The position numbers were made by a program, and so were the translations under genes. This document shows positions 47,775 through 59,423 of a stretch of 64,000 bases of DNA, piece after piece. The stretch's first letter is position 1, and every line of letters starts with the position of its first letter. Source of the stretch: Bacteroidota bacterium (GTDB taxonomy: Bacteria; Bacteroidota; Bacteroidia; Bacteroidales; Dysgonomonadaceae); the NCBI GenBank assembly GCA_023424395.1, contig JAFADY010000037.1, positions 1,647 through 65,646 of the forward strand, written 5' to 3'. The notes beneath the pieces are model-generated. The model did no database searches. It was not told where the DNA came from and saw nothing but the letters and a program-made list of their open reading frames with translations.

Positions 47775-47782
47775 CAAAAATA
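47775..47782 (-). promoter_or_regulatory. -7 promoter box (TATTTTTG on minus strand) for the TA module
   Basis: Plus-strand CAAAAATA lies 19 nt upstream of the ATG at 47756. Confidence 0.4.
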
Positions 47783-47863
47783 CGTTTTTTAATTGAAAAT
47801 CAAAAATATTAAAGCAAATCGGAAATAGAATATTCTGTTTTAGCTAATTTACTTCTCCTAAAA

Positions 47864-49390
47864 TCACAACCTTACTTTTATCGATTTGTGCTTCCCCTCA
47901 TTCCAAAACGCATCTAACGACGTTACCACGTATGTGTAACGGCTATTACCTCCTTCATAAGGCAGCACAAAAAAGTTATCGGAAGTGATTTTCACTATAT
48001 TTTCCGCCCGATTCACATCCACTTTTTCTCCCTGTTTAAAACGGTAAATTACAAACCGCTGCGCGGTTTCGGGATGGCGCGGTTGCTTATTGTGCTCCCA
48101 CGTGAGAAAGTGCATATCTTCGGTGAAAACTTCGGCAAGTTTTTTTACGGCATCGGGACGGCCTTTGTGCATATGCGTGTAAGCGGGAATGAGTGATTTT
48201 GCCCGATGTGTATTGGTTTGAAAAGTATTCACCACATCGGAATAATTATCTAAAATCAAATAACCGTACCAATAACAATTGCCGTGAACGAACGACATTT
48301 CACGCGATTGGCGGATTTTGGTATCCAGCTCGTTTTTATCTACTGCACGTTTTAAATCCTGTCCTATATAAAGCGGCTGCTCAAAGTTATTGGCGTTCCA
48401 CCAATGCAAAAGCGTGGTATAATCGGCGCGTTCGTGGCCGATTTCCCAATAAAGCTGCGGCAAATTATAATCGATCCATCCTTTTTCCACCCATAGTTTA
48501 ATATCGGCATACAGGTCGCCGTAATTTTCTAATCCGTTGGTGTCGCTGCCGTTAGGGTCGTTACGTTTGTTGCGGTAAATGCCAAACGGACTGATTCCGA
48601 AACGCACCCACGGCTTTGTTCCGGCAATGGTGTATTTGAGCTGCTGAATCAGCAAATTCACGTTATTTCGCCGCCAATCGGCACGTTGGTTGGGTGAAAA
48701 CCCTTGCGAAGCAGCGTACATATTAAAACTGTTGTCATCAGGGAAAGGCGTTCCGGCAACGGGATAGGGATAAAAATAATCATCCATATGAATGGCATCC
48801 ACATCGTAGCGAGAAACGATATCGCGCACCACATCGCAAATAAAACTGCGATTTTCGGGCAATCCCGGTTCGAAATACAATTGATTGGCATATTGCACAA
48901 AACGTTCGGGATATTTCCAATAAATATGGTCGGGAGCGAGCGTGCTGTTAATATTCGATTTTACCCGATACGGATTCAACCACGCGTGCAGCTCCATTCC
49001 GCGTTTGTGGCATTCGTCTATGAGAAATGCCAGTGGATCAAACGACGGATCGTCAGGCGCTTTTCCTTGAGTTCCGGCCAAAAAACGGCTCCACGGCTCC
49101 AAATTCGATTTATAAAAAGCATCCGCCTCCGGACGAACCTGAAAGATAACGGCGTTAATCCCTGCTTCATCCAGTTTCCGCACCATATCCGACAGATAAA
49201 ATTTCATAGCCGAGCTATTCATTTTCTGATATCGGTTTTGTCCTACAGTATGAATCCATGCTCCGCGAAATTCATATTTAGGCGTTGAGTCGGCTTTTTG
49301 GGTTAACGCAGGTTGCGTAGTCCCGCATGAAAACAATGTAGTGCCAATGAAAATCACTAATAAAAGTTTGAAGAGAAATTTTACGTTCAT
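47864..49390 (-). CDS. glycoside hydrolase-like family 10 (GHL10/DUF187, YngK-type) lipoprotein
   Basis: Lipobox LFSC. EFRGAWIHTV...NAVIFQVRPEADAFY...HAWLNPYR is typical of the GHL10 TIM-barrel family. Confidence 0.7.
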   Translation of the reverse strand: MNVKFLFKLLLVIFIGTTLFSCGTTQPALTQKADSTPKYEFRGAWIHTVGQNRYQKMNSSAMKFYLSDMVRKLDEAGINAVIFQVRPEADAFYKSNLEPWSRFLAGTQGKAPDDPSFDPLAFLIDECHKRGMELHAWLNPYRVKSNINSTLAPDHIYWKYPERFVQYANQLYFEPGLPENRSFICDVVRDIVSRYDVDAIHMDDYFYPYPVAGTPFPDDNSFNMYAASQGFSPNQRADWRRNNVNLLIQQLKYTIAGTKPWVRFGISPFGIYRNKRNDPNGSDTNGLENYGDLYADIKLWVEKGWIDYNLPQLYWEIGHERADYTTLLHWWNANNFEQPLYIGQDLKRAVDKNELDTKIRQSREMSFVHGNCYWYGYLILDNYSDVVNTFQTNTHRAKSLIPAYTHMHKGRPDAVKKLAEVFTEDMHFLTWEHNKQPRHPETAQRFVIYRFKQGEKVDVNRAENIVKITSDNFFVLPYEGGNSRYTYVVTSLDAFWNEGKHKSIKVRL

Positions 49391-49396
49391 AATATG

Positions 49397-51475
49397 TTAA
49401 AAATTAGAAGGAACAAACAAAGAATCGTCGCTTTCAAGCAACAAATCGGGAAGCGGTTGACGCGGGTAAATCACAATACGGCTGTGGTCGGGGAATCTTT
49501 TCTCTATTCGCGTGGGCAGATTATCCAAAACCGGAATATGCGAAACATAACCGGAATGCGCTGAAATAAGGATAATCAAATCGTCTTTTTTAATTTGATC
49601 GCCGCACGACAGCGGATTGTCCCAATCAATAAACGGCATGAAAGTAAATTTACCGTTTGCAAGCCTGTCATCAATTACTTTTTGCGTGTCGGGATGTCCC
49701 AAATGGAAAATCGGAATAGACAGCTCCGACGATAATGCCACAACTTTTTTTACCCATAAACCAAACCCGTCTTCTTTTTCAGCCGACGGCGGGGAAAGGA
49801 CAACTATACGTTTATGCGTGATAAGTTTTTGTTCAACATGGCAGACAAATAAATTCTTATCCATATTCTTAATGATCAAATCCACTTTTTCACCTAACAA
49901 CTTCTCCAAAACACCCGCCTTTCCCGGCCAACCGAGGATAACGATATCGGTCATTGTTTCGCGGGCTGTTCTCACAATTCCACTCGCCACATTATGGTCT
50001 ATGGTGGTAATTATATCCACTTTAACCTCTGCGGCTGTAGCCGTACTCACAAACTCCTGCAACTTTTTTCGAAAATTGACGATATTTTTCTCGGCTTCTC
50101 TATCGTTAGCAAAAACGCCCAATAAAGAGATGGGATTTACCGATTTTTTATCTTTCAGCAACAATGCCAGTTGCACGTGATAACCAATGTTAGACGGATT
50201 GGCGATGGGAACAAGAATTTTTTCCTGTGCAAACTCGCCCATAGATTCTTTGGTCAACGGCGCATTTTCTTCTCTCAAAGCTATTTTCTTTGCAGAACGT
50301 TGCGTAACAAACGATGCCACGATACACGTTAGCAGGATCAGAATAATGGTTCCGTTAAGGATATATTCATCCAGAATTCCTGCACGGTAACCCACTATAA
50401 TCACCGCTAATGTTGCCGCAGCGTGCGAACTGCTTAATCCGAAGATCAGGTCGCGCTGCACGATTGAGTAACGAAACGTTTTTTGGGTAAGATAGGCAGC
50501 AACCCATTTCCCGATAATAGCCGCCACTGTAAGCACAATCGCTACTATTATGGTTCTCGGCCCGTTCAACACAACTGAAATATCCACTAACATTCCTACG
50601 GAAATGAGGAAAATCGGTATAAAGAGTGCATTCCCGATAAATTCGATGCGGTTCATCAACGCCGATGTATGCGGTATCAATCGGTTTAATGCCAAACCGG
50701 CAGCAAAAGCGCCGATAATCGGTTCAATGCCACCTAACTCAGCCAAAAATCCGGCGGCAAAAACAATGAAAAGTACAAAAATGTAATTGGTATATTTTTC
50801 CGTTTCGGCTTTCTGAAAAAACCATTTAGCGATTCGGGGAACAACGTAAAACAGAATAACGGAAAACACAGCCAACGAAATAAGCAGTTTCACGAGAAAT
50901 CCCATATTCAATCCGCCGCTGCTGTTGCTCATCACGAGCGCAAGAATGATCAGCACAGCCGTATCGGTAAGGATAGTTCCACCAACGGTTACTGCCACCG
51001 CTTGATTTTTAGATACTCCTAAACGACTGACAATGGGATAAGTAACCAACGTATGAGTGGAGAACATACTTGCCGTAAGGAAACTCGCGTTCGCATCGTA
51101 ACCCAAAAGATAATAACAGACGGGAAATCCAATAATGAGCGGAATGGCAAAAGTATAAAACCCGAAAACGAGACTTTTATTCTTGTTCAGCGTGAATTCG
51201 TTCAAATCCAATTCCAAACCCACAATGAACATGATGTACAGCAATCCGATGGATGAAAACATTGAAACGCCGGCGTTGTTGCCATCGATTAACCCCAAGC
51301 CGTAAGGCCCTATGATCACTCCCGCCAAAATCAACCCGATAATGCTCGGCACATTGATGCGGCGCAAAATAATAGGCGCTAATAAAACAATTAGCAGCAA
51401 TACTGTGAAAATCAATACGGGATTTGTAAACGGAAGGGCAAACTCGTGCGCTAAATCTGATAAGAAATCGTTCAT
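49397..51475 (-). CDS. cation:proton antiporter (CPA2-type) with a C-terminal cytoplasmic (USP-like) domain
   Basis: About 12 TM helices starting ...PVLIFTVLLLIVLLAPIILRRINVPSIIGLILAGVIIGPYGLG, followed by a soluble domain of about 290 aa. Confidence 0.8.
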   Translation of the reverse strand: MNDFLSDLAHEFALPFTNPVLIFTVLLLIVLLAPIILRRINVPSIIGLILAGVIIGPYGLGLIDGNNAGVSMFSSIGLLYIMFIVGLELDLNEFTLNKNKSLVFGFYTFAIPLIIGFPVCYYLLGYDANASFLTASMFSTHTLVTYPIVSRLGVSKNQAVAVTVGGTILTDTAVLIILALVMSNSSGGLNMGFLVKLLISLAVFSVILFYVVPRIAKWFFQKAETEKYTNYIFVLFIVFAAGFLAELGGIEPIIGAFAAGLALNRLIPHTSALMNRIEFIGNALFIPIFLISVGMLVDISVVLNGPRTIIVAIVLTVAAIIGKWVAAYLTQKTFRYSIVQRDLIFGLSSSHAAATLAVIIVGYRAGILDEYILNGTIILILLTCIVASFVTQRSAKKIALREENAPLTKESMGEFAQEKILVPIANPSNIGYHVQLALLLKDKKSVNPISLLGVFANDREAEKNIVNFRKKLQEFVSTATAAEVKVDIITTIDHNVASGIVRTARETMTDIVILGWPGKAGVLEKLLGEKVDLIIKNMDKNLFVCHVEQKLITHKRIVVLSPPSAEKEDGFGLWVKKVVALSSELSIPIFHLGHPDTQKVIDDRLANGKFTFMPFIDWDNPLSCGDQIKKDDLIILISAHSGYVSHIPVLDNLPTRIEKRFPDHSRIVIYPRQPLPDLLLESDDSLFVPSNF

Positions 51476-51600
51476 TTGTCCTGATTTTGTGGTCTTGAAA
51501 ACTCTACTTACTATGACTTCTGTGTTCTATAATTAGCAAAAATAGTCAAAAATTTTTATTTATTGGCGTTCGCTCATTTTTTTGTCCTATCTAAAGTGAT

Positions 51601-51608
51601 TATCTTTG
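51601..51608 (+). promoter_or_regulatory. -7 promoter box (TATCTTTG) for uvrA
   Basis: Lies 18 nt upstream of the ATG at 51626. Confidence 0.5.
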
Positions 51609-51625
51609 CGGGTTGAACAAAAATT

Positions 51626-54421
51626 ATGAGTAATTCCAAAGAGATAGAAATTAAGGGAGCGCGCGTTAATAATCTGAAAAACATCGACGTACGAATCCCT
51701 CGAAATACATTTACGGTTATTACAGGCTTATCGGGTTCGGGAAAGTCATCGCTTGCTTTCGATACGCTGTACGCCGAAGGGCAACGGCGTTATGTGGAAA
51801 GCCTTTCGTCTTATGCGCGGCAATTTCTTGGGCGAATGAACAAGCCCGAATGCGATTACATTAAAGGCATTCCGCCTGCCATTGCCATCGAGCAGAAAGT
51901 TACCACGCGCAACCCACGCTCTACTGTTGGTACTTCCACCGAAATCTATGAATATCTGCGTCTGCTTTTCGCGCGCATTGGCAAAACCATTTCACCCGTT
52001 TCTGGCAATGAAGTGAAACGTCACTATGTGCACGATATCATCCACAAAATGCAGGAATACCGCGAAGGAACGCGATTGGCAGTATTATCATCCATTCAAC
52101 TTCGTAACAGACGCAGTCTTTCGGAACAACTCGAAATTTTGCTGAAAGAAGGTTTTACTCGTGTGGATGTGGGCGAGCAGTTTTATCGGATTGATAAGTT
52201 GTTGCAACAGAAAAAACTACCCGCGCACGAAGAGGTGTTGCTCGTTATCGACCGCCTTTCCTGCTCATCCGATAAAGCGAACATCAATCGCCTGTCCGAT
52301 TCGGTGGAAACGGCGTTTTTGGAAGGAAATGGCGAGTGTATCGTTCGTTTTTGGGGAGAAAAAGGAATGGAATCGTTCACTTTTTCTAATCGTTTTGAGG
52401 CTGACGGCATCGTGTTCGAAGAACCATCGGATATGATGTTCAACTTCAACAGTCCGGTTGGAGCTTGCCCTAAATGCGAAGGTTTCGGTAAAGTTATCGG
52501 GATTGACGAAAATTTGGTAATACCCGATAAGAGCCTTTCGGTTCAGGAAGAATGTGTACAATGTTGGAAAGGCGAAAAAATGAGCGAGTGGCGCAAAGAA
52601 TTCGTGTATAACGCCTACAAAGCTGATTTTCCGATCCACCGGGCTTATTACGATTTGAACGAACACGAAAAGGATATTTTGTGGAACGGGCGGCACAATT
52701 TGGGTATTTACGGCATTAACGATTTTTTTCAGATGCTCGAAAAAAATCTGTATAAAATACAATACCGGGTTATGTTGGCGCGCTATCGCGGCAAAACGGA
52801 TTGTCCTGCTTGCAAAGGCGCACGATTGAAGCCCGAAGCCGCTTACGTGAAAGTGGGCGAAAAATCCATCAGCGAATTGGTTTTACTTCCGATCACGGAA
52901 TTGAAAGTTTTTTTCGACAACCTGCAACTTGACGAAACCGATTCCGCCATCGCCTTGCGCTTACTCACTGAAGTCCATAACCGCCTGCAATTTATGATCA
53001 ATGTGGGATTGGGATATTTAACGCTCAACAGGTTATCGAACACGCTTTCGGGCGGTGAAAGTCAGCGCATTAATTTGGCGTCATCGCTCGGCAGCAGCTT
53101 GGTGGGCTCGTTGTACATTTTGGACGAACCGAGTATCGGACTGCACTCACGCGACACGTATCTTTTGATTCAGGTGTTGAACGATTTGCAGAAACTCGGC
53201 AACACGGTTATCGTGGTTGAACACGATGAAGAAATTATACGCGCTGCCCACCATATTATCGACATCGGCCCCAAAGCCGGACGATTGGGCGGCGAGGTGA
53301 TGTACCAAGGAAATGTTCAGGAATTGGAGAAAAATACCGACAGCTACACGGTGAAATACCTGACGGGAGAAGAACAGATCGAAGTACCGAAAACCCGCCG
53401 TAAATGGAACAACTACATTGAAGTGAAAGGCGCCCGGCAAAACAATTTGAAGAATATCGACGTGAAATTCCCGCTAAACGTAATGACGGTGGTTACAGGC
53501 GTGAGCGGATCGGGCAAATCGTCGCTCGTGAACGATGTGTTTTACAATGCTCTGCAACACCACTACAAAGGCGGAGCCTTGGAACAAAGCGAGTTTAACG
53601 GCATTTCGGGCGATTTAAAACTGATAAAATCGGTGGAATACGTAGATCAAAATCCTATTGGGAAATCGTCGCGTTCCAACGCTGTTACCTATTTGAAAGC
53701 CTACGACGAAATCCGAAAACTGTTTGCGGCGCAGCCGCTTGCGAAGCAAATGAATTACAGTCCGGCCTATTTTTCGTTCAACGTGGAAGGTGGGCGCTGT
53801 GAAGAATGCAAGGGTGATGGCACAATAACGGTTGAAATGCAGTTTATGGCCGATATTCAGTTGGAATGCGAATCGTGCCACGGCAAACGGTTTTCACCCG
53901 AAGTACTTGAAGTGGAATACAAAGGCAACACAATTTACGATATTTTGGAAATGACGGTTGACCAGGCCGTAGATTTTTTCGGCGCGCAAAAAGGCGCCAC
54001 CGAAAAGAAAATTACCAAAAAAATGCAGCCCCTCAAAGACGTTGGGTTAGGTTATATAAAACTCGGACAATCGTCGTCCACATTATCGGGTGGAGAAAAT
54101 CAACGCGTGAAATTAGCCTATTATTTGGGCGAAGAAAAGTCGCTCCCAACCATTTTTATTTTCGACGAACCCACCACCGGACTGCACTTTCACGATATAA
54201 AAACGCTTCTTAAAGCGTTTGACGCACTTATCGAACGCGGACACACGGTTATAATTATCGAACATAATATGGAAGTGATCAAATGTGCCGATCACATCAT
54301 CGATATCGGCCCCGAAGGCGGAAAAGCCGGTGGTTATATCGTGTGCGAAGGCACTCCGGAAACTGTGGTAAAGTGCAAGGAGTCGCACACGGGTCAGTTT
54401 TTGAAGGAAAAGCTTGACTGA
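51626..54421 (+). CDS. uvrA: excinuclease ABC subunit UvrA
   Basis: Two ABC modules ([23 protein letters not shown] and [10 protein letters not shown]), LSGGE signatures and zinc-finger cysteines ([20 protein letters not shown]...CESCHG). Confidence 0.95.
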   Translation: MSNSKEIEIKGARVNNLKNIDVRIPRNTFTVITGLSGSGKSSLAFDTLYAEGQRRYVESLSSYARQFLGRMNKPECDYIKGIPPAIAIEQKVTTRNPRSTVGTSTEIYEYLRLLFARIGKTISPVSGNEVKRHYVHDIIHKMQEYREGTRLAVLSSIQLRNRRSLSEQLEILLKEGFTRVDVGEQFYRIDKLLQQKKLPAHEEVLLVIDRLSCSSDKANINRLSDSVETAFLEGNGECIVRFWGEKGMESFTFSNRFEADGIVFEEPSDMMFNFNSPVGACPKCEGFGKVIGIDENLVIPDKSLSVQEECVQCWKGEKMSEWRKEFVYNAYKADFPIHRAYYDLNEHEKDILWNGRHNLGIYGINDFFQMLEKNLYKIQYRVMLARYRGKTDCPACKGARLKPEAAYVKVGEKSISELVLLPITELKVFFDNLQLDETDSAIALRLLTEVHNRLQFMINVGLGYLTLNRLSNTLSGGESQRINLASSLGSSLVGSLYILDEPSIGLHSRDTYLLIQVLNDLQKLGNTVIVVEHDEEIIRAAHHIIDIGPKAGRLGGEVMYQGNVQELEKNTDSYTVKYLTGEEQIEVPKTRRKWNNYIEVKGARQNNLKNIDVKFPLNVMTVVTGVSGSGKSSLVNDVFYNALQHHYKGGALEQSEFNGISGDLKLIKSVEYVDQNPIGKSSRSNAVTYLKAYDEIRKLFAAQPLAKQMNYSPAYFSFNVEGGRCEECKGDGTITVEMQFMADIQLECESCHGKRFSPEVLEVEYKGNTIYDILEMTVDQAVDFFGAQKGATEKKITKKMQPLKDVGLGYIKLGQSSSTLSGGENQRVKLAYYLGEEKSLPTIFIFDEPTTGLHFHDIKTLLKAFDALIERGHTVIIIEHNMEVIKCADHIIDIGPEGGKAGGYIVCEGTPETVVKCKESHTGQFLKEKLD

Positions 54422-54460
54422 TTGAGTAAAAAAACATACTTTTGAAAAAAAATAGACTCT

Positions 54461-55261
<801 letters not shown>

Positions 55262-55352
55262 TCCATCATGTTCTCATTATTAATAAACATCCAATTCACC
55301 CGTCTTCTTTTAAGCAAACTTGCCCTTGCCTGCTAAACATTGGTCTGTTAAG

Positions 55353-55454
55353 GGCAAAGCTGACGGTTATGTCGTGTGCGAAGGCACTCCGGAAACTGTG
55401 GTAAAGTGCAAAGAGTCGCACACGGGTAGGTTTTTGAAGGAGAAATTGAAATAA
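55353..55454 (+). pseudogene. orphan duplicate of the uvrA 3' end (displaced original C-terminal coding segment)
   Basis: Translates in frame as [33 protein letters not shown], against the uvrA end [34 protein letters not shown] 40-nt run is identical (54339-54378 = 55372-55411). Weaker similarity extends back to about 55339. Confidence 0.85.
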
Positions 55455-55482
55455 AAAAAGGCGCCGAAAGCGCCTTTTTTTA
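55453..55482. terminator. bidirectional intrinsic terminator
   Basis: AAAAAAAGGCGC-CGAAA-GCGCCTTTTTTT. It follows the orphan uvrA 3' copy and faces the convergent T9SS-cargo gene. Confidence 0.85.
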
Positions 55483-55499
55483 AAATAATTCTCAATAAT

Positions 55500-57854
55500 T
55501 TATTTAAGGATGAACTTAGTTTTTACAGAAACTCCATTGGAAATTACATCTGCAATATAGACTCCCACAGGTAGTTCTGAAAGATTAACTATTTGTGAAT
55601 TAACTTTTTTCACAAGATTTCCGGTAATACTATAAATACTAACTTCTGTTACACCACTTCCTAAAACCACTACTTCTTTGTTCTTCACAACCAAACTTAC
55701 TTTTACTTCACGTTCGCTGTCAATTGAAAGGGGAGGATTATCCGTGATATCGTACATTTCCCAGTTATCGATATATCCATAACCCGTATTCAAATCGTGG
55801 TGATTAAAGAAAGTAAATGGAGGCTCAGGAAAAGATGCTCCGGCTGTAAAAGTAAAATCTAAAGGTATCCACTCGCCGTTGGTATCTATTTTACGTTCAA
55901 CATCTAAACCTTCGGCGGTTCCTGCATGTCTGATGGTTATTCTGTTTTCTCCACCTACAGTCTTGATCATTGCTCTCACTCGATAAGTTCTGTTTGGTTG
56001 AAGTTTACCATCCAACGAGACATCAAGAGAACCTGCTGTCATACTTACACCGTTACCTACTTCAATAGCATTAGGACCGCAAAATACATTTTCGGGTTCT
56101 GCTACGTTATTCACTACTCTTCTTGCACCCCATCCAATAAAGTTAGAGAGGCTGTTACATTCGGGGTCTGGAATTAAATTCGGAACAACTGTGTACAATG
56201 GGTTAAAGCAAGTTGTATTTGTTGATCTTACAAGAACATCTTTTGTTGCAGTACCACTAGTTAATGTAATAACTCCGTCAACGGCAGTAGTTCCATCATA
56301 AGTAACTGTTACTACCGTTCCTTGAGCATCGGCGGGAATAGTAACAGGATCTACAGAGATTCCAGCGGGTGCGGTAACCGTGATAGGATCAGTTAATGCA
56401 ATTCCGGTAACAGTGAAGGAAGTAGTTGTGAAATTCGGGCTTACACCCACGCCACTTATAGATGTTACAAGAAGCGGAGAATCTTCTGCGCCTTCGTTGT
56501 TCAAATATTTTATATTTTCTAAGGTGAGCGGTGTATCATAAATACTGAGTTTATGAATCAATCCTGTCCATCGAGGTTGGTCAGTCCAGCCGCCTCTTCC
56601 TAACCATGCAAGTTGATTGGATATAGTAGAAGTAGTGAAAATGGCATCGGTTTTAGTACCCACCAAAATACCATCCATATAAAAACTTAATGTGGTTGCA
56701 GCATTATTTACAACGGCAACAACATGGCGGAGTTTCCTATCCACAATAGGATAAGTTGGTACTGCAATTTCCACACCTCCGTTTTTCATAAAAACAGACC
56801 CTCTATCTTCGCCTCCGCGCACAGCCGTGTATGCCAAACACATATCACCTCCGCCCCCGGAAACGGGGTTACTGGTTGCACCGAAATAGAAAGGCATATA
56901 ATATTCCCAACCTGCAGTAGAGGTAAACCACATTTCAATAGAAACCCCGTCTGGATAAGTGTTTATATTTAAATTATCGGTTGAAATTTCAGCATAACCA
57001 CCACCTGTCAAATCGAGTGCTTGATTCTGCAATTCAGCGCCTTCCAATAAAGTTGTAGTAAGACCGCCAACTAAATCGGTAGCGGTGCCATCATCATAAG
57101 TCCATTGATGTTTCAAATTTCCCGAGGATGGAGCAACCGGCGTTATGGATATTTGCTCATTGTAAAGGAATTGAATATTATCACCAGTTAGTGCCAAGTC
57201 GTAGATACGGAAATCGTCCAAACTTCCTTGCCAGTTAGCATCCCAGGCCCACCAACCGCCTCTACCAAACCATGCGGAAGCATTGGAAAGGTTTTGGATA
57301 GCATTTACAGGAATTTTAACGGTTCCTTGAAGAGCGCCATCAAGGTATAATTTTAATTCCGTACCTTTAATTGTATAGGCAACGTGATGTAACTGGCCAT
57401 CATGATATTCGTGCCCGTTTACACCAAGTTCTCCGGTTCCCGCTTCAATGATTGCTCTGGAGTAATCACGATTTTGCCCTCTTAAAGGAGTATAACCGGT
57501 GAAAGCGAATCCACCCTCACCCATTCCATTAACCGTATCGCCAAAGTAAAATAAGAAATGAAAAGCAGGATTTGCGCCTACCGTAGAAGTAAACCAAGCG
57601 GAGAAAGTTAACTCCGTATTGGTGTTGATTGCCAAAGCGGCTGCATCGAGATCGGCATAACCTCCCTCTAGTACAAGCGAGCCACTCCTCACTTCAGCTA
57701 CACCATTCGTCCATCCGGTTACTCCCCCCACCACATCGGTAAGGTCAGTGTCGAAGGTCCAGTGATGTTTTAGATTCGCTGTGCCGGGATCAACCTGAGC
57801 CATAGTAAAACCTGCTATCATAAGCAGGGATAAAAAAAAGTAAACTTTTTTCAT
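55500..57854 (-). CDS. secreted LamG (concanavalin-A-like lectin) repeat protein with a T9SS C-terminal sorting domain
   Basis: Signal peptide. Two paralogous modules of about 230 aa start (A/G)NLKH(H/Q)WT(F/Y)D and end ...FRIYD / LSIYD (LamG-like). An Ig-like segment and a CBM-like domain follow. The C-terminus VSIYSITGNLVKKV...LPVGVYIADVISNGVSVKTKFILK is a typical T9SS CTD. Confidence 0.7.
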   Translation of the reverse strand: MKKVYFFLSLLMIAGFTMAQVDPGTANLKHHWTFDTDLTDVVGGVTGWTNGVAEVRSGSLVLEGGYADLDAAALAINTNTELTFSAWFTSTVGANPAFHFLFYFGDTVNGMGEGGFAFTGYTPLRGQNRDYSRAIIEAGTGELGVNGHEYHDGQLHHVAYTIKGTELKLYLDGALQGTVKIPVNAIQNLSNASAWFGRGGWWAWDANWQGSLDDFRIYDLALTGDNIQFLYNEQISITPVAPSSGNLKHQWTYDDGTATDLVGGLTTTLLEGAELQNQALDLTGGGYAEISTDNLNINTYPDGVSIEMWFTSTAGWEYYMPFYFGATSNPVSGGGGDMCLAYTAVRGGEDRGSVFMKNGGVEIAVPTYPIVDRKLRHVVAVVNNAATTLSFYMDGILVGTKTDAIFTTSTISNQLAWLGRGGWTDQPRWTGLIHKLSIYDTPLTLENIKYLNNEGAEDSPLLVTSISGVGVSPNFTTTSFTVTGIALTDPITVTAPAGISVDPVTIPADAQGTVVTVTYDGTTAVDGVITLTSGTATKDVLVRSTNTTCFNPLYTVVPNLIPDPECNSLSNFIGWGARRVVNNVAEPENVFCGPNAIEVGNGVSMTAGSLDVSLDGKLQPNRTYRVRAMIKTVGGENRITIRHAGTAEGLDVERKIDTNGEWIPLDFTFTAGASFPEPPFTFFNHHDLNTGYGYIDNWEMYDITDNPPLSIDSEREVKVSLVVKNKEVVVLGSGVTEVSIYSITGNLVKKVNSQIVNLSELPVGVYIADVISNGVSVKTKFILK

Positions 57855-57976
57855 TGCGATAAATTTTAAAGTTGAATAATGATATTAATTAACCATAATA
57901 AATCCAGTTAAACGATTAACTTAATTAAAAATAATCATCATAAGCTTTACGTCAAACTATTTTATTTGTTGTTATG

Positions 57977-57984
57977 CAAATATA
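57977..57984 (-). promoter_or_regulatory. -7 promoter box (TATATTTG on minus strand)
   Basis: Plus-strand CAAATATA lies about 125 nt upstream of the ATG at 57854. Confidence 0.35.
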
Positions 57985-58056
57985 ATATCTGTTTTGACAA
58001 ATTTGCAATTTATATTACTGCTTTTTTTATTTTTAACAATAATTATATTAGAAGCG

Positions 58057-58440
58057 TTAACTAATATTTCTAATAATACAATAACAAATAATTATTGTTA
58101 GTACAATCAGGGCCGCCCATCTACCGAAAAGAATTCTCTCCGCTTTCGGATATCTCTCTTTTCCTCCGAAATACTGAAAATAAATCCCGAGAATAATGTA
58201 GGGAATTACTATCGGAACCAGTAAATTATGAGCGAAAGCGTTCCCTATTCTAAAATGCAGCAAATCGTGAATGGCGCGCTGCGACCCACACCCGGGACAT
58301 TCGTAGCCGGTAATCAAGAGCGACGGGCATTTAGGAGCCAGCACTTCCTCCTCAGGATCGAAAAAATAGAATAAAAAAGCACCTGCCACAAGCACAAGGC
58401 TTATGGCAGATACGATAATTATCTTTCTCCTTTTGTTCAA
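58057..58440 (-). CDS. DUF2752 domain-containing membrane protein
   Basis: CPSLLITGYECPGCGSQRAIHDLL is the characteristic CxxxxxxxxCPGCG motif. Three or four TM segments. Confidence 0.7.
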   Translation of the reverse strand: MNKRRKIIIVSAISLVLVAGAFLFYFFDPEEEVLAPKCPSLLITGYECPGCGSQRAIHDLLHFRIGNAFAHNLLVPIVIPYIILGIYFQYFGGKERYPKAERILFGRWAALIVLTIIICYCIIRNIS

Positions 58441-58451
58441 ACAAAAATTAC

Positions 58452-58835
58452 TTAATAGTTATAACTACTCGAATTTTCAAGAATGGATTCCATATAATCG
58501 GGCAAATTACCGGTTGCGAACATGGCAATTAAAATAGTGTAATAAATTAGCGCTGCAACTACGGCGACCAACGTCCATGTTTTGGCATTTTTCGACGCTT
58601 TAACCGATTCTGCATATCTTCCGTTGTTGTACAGCGAATCTACTTTCGCTGCAAAAATAATTCCCACGATCCCAAATGGCAAGCAGCACAGTAATGTTGC
58701 CACAATAGATTGCCACAACCAGCTTGTCGGTTTCATTGGCGGAATTTCGTTACTTGTATTTGTCGGCGGCAAAACCGGCGGCTCATTTTCAGATATCGGC
58801 GTAGGCCTTACATCTTGATATTCTTGATTTTCCAT
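58452..58835 (-). CDS. CD225/dispanin (IFITM-like) family membrane protein
   Basis: Pro-rich N-terminus, then WLWQSIVATLLCCLPFGIVGIIFAAKVDSLYNNGRYAESVKASKNAKTWT, a CD225 two-helix signature with a CC motif. Confidence 0.75.
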   Translation of the reverse strand: MENQEYQDVRPTPISENEPPVLPPTNTSNEIPPMKPTSWLWQSIVATLLCCLPFGIVGIIFAAKVDSLYNNGRYAESVKASKNAKTWTLVAVVAALIYYTILIAMFATGNLPDYMESILENSSSYNY

Positions 58836-58841
58836 ATCTAA

Positions 58842-59411
58842 TTACATTTCATAAACCGATCCGTTAAAAATATCAGTAACGCCCGCAACCGAACCGGCAA
58901 ACACAATAATCAAAATAATTCCAATTATCCACAAAGCGGCCCATGCAATGGAAATCCACAAAGCGATTTTTGTCCAACGTCCGGCTTGGCGCGACGATTC
59001 CAAAGCCGATTGATATTGCCCTCTTGCAAATTGCGATTCCACTTGCGAGGCATTTACAATACCGATAATTCCGAGCAAACTCAAAAAACTGCCACAGAGA
59101 ATAAACGGCAAAATGGTAGCCAAAATAGATTCCAACAACCAAGTCTTTGGCATTGGTTGCGGCGTTTGCCCCGGAGCGTGAGTAGCAGGTTCTACCACCG
59201 GCGGCTGCTGACTAGGATATAAAGGCTCCGCGACAGGAGCAACCCCTTCAAAAAGGTAATTCAATTCCGCAACCTCCTCGGCACGTTTCCATTCATTCAT
59301 TCCTTGTGTCCAAACCAAGGTGTCTTTTCTAACATTTTCTTTCTTAAGTTCATCGGGCAAAAAGGTTCCTTTTTGTTTTCCTTCGGCGTCAATGTAAAAA
59401 TAATGGTTCAT
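58842..59411 (-). CDS. GYF_2 (DUF4339) domain fused to a CD225/dispanin domain
   Basis: N-terminal YYIDAEGKQKGTFLPDELKKENVRKDTLVWTQGMNEWKRAEEV (GYF_2), a Pro/Gln-rich linker, and the CD225-like TWLLESILATILPFILCGSFLSLLGIIGIVNASQVESQFARGQYQSALESSRQAGRWT. Confidence 0.7.
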   Translation of the reverse strand: MNHYFYIDAEGKQKGTFLPDELKKENVRKDTLVWTQGMNEWKRAEEVAELNYLFEGVAPVAEPLYPSQQPPVVEPATHAPGQTPQPMPKTWLLESILATILPFILCGSFLSLLGIIGIVNASQVESQFARGQYQSALESSRQAGRWTKIALWISIAWAALWIIGIILIIVFAGSVAGVTDIFNGSVYEM

Positions 59412-59423
59412 AATCGTAATTTT

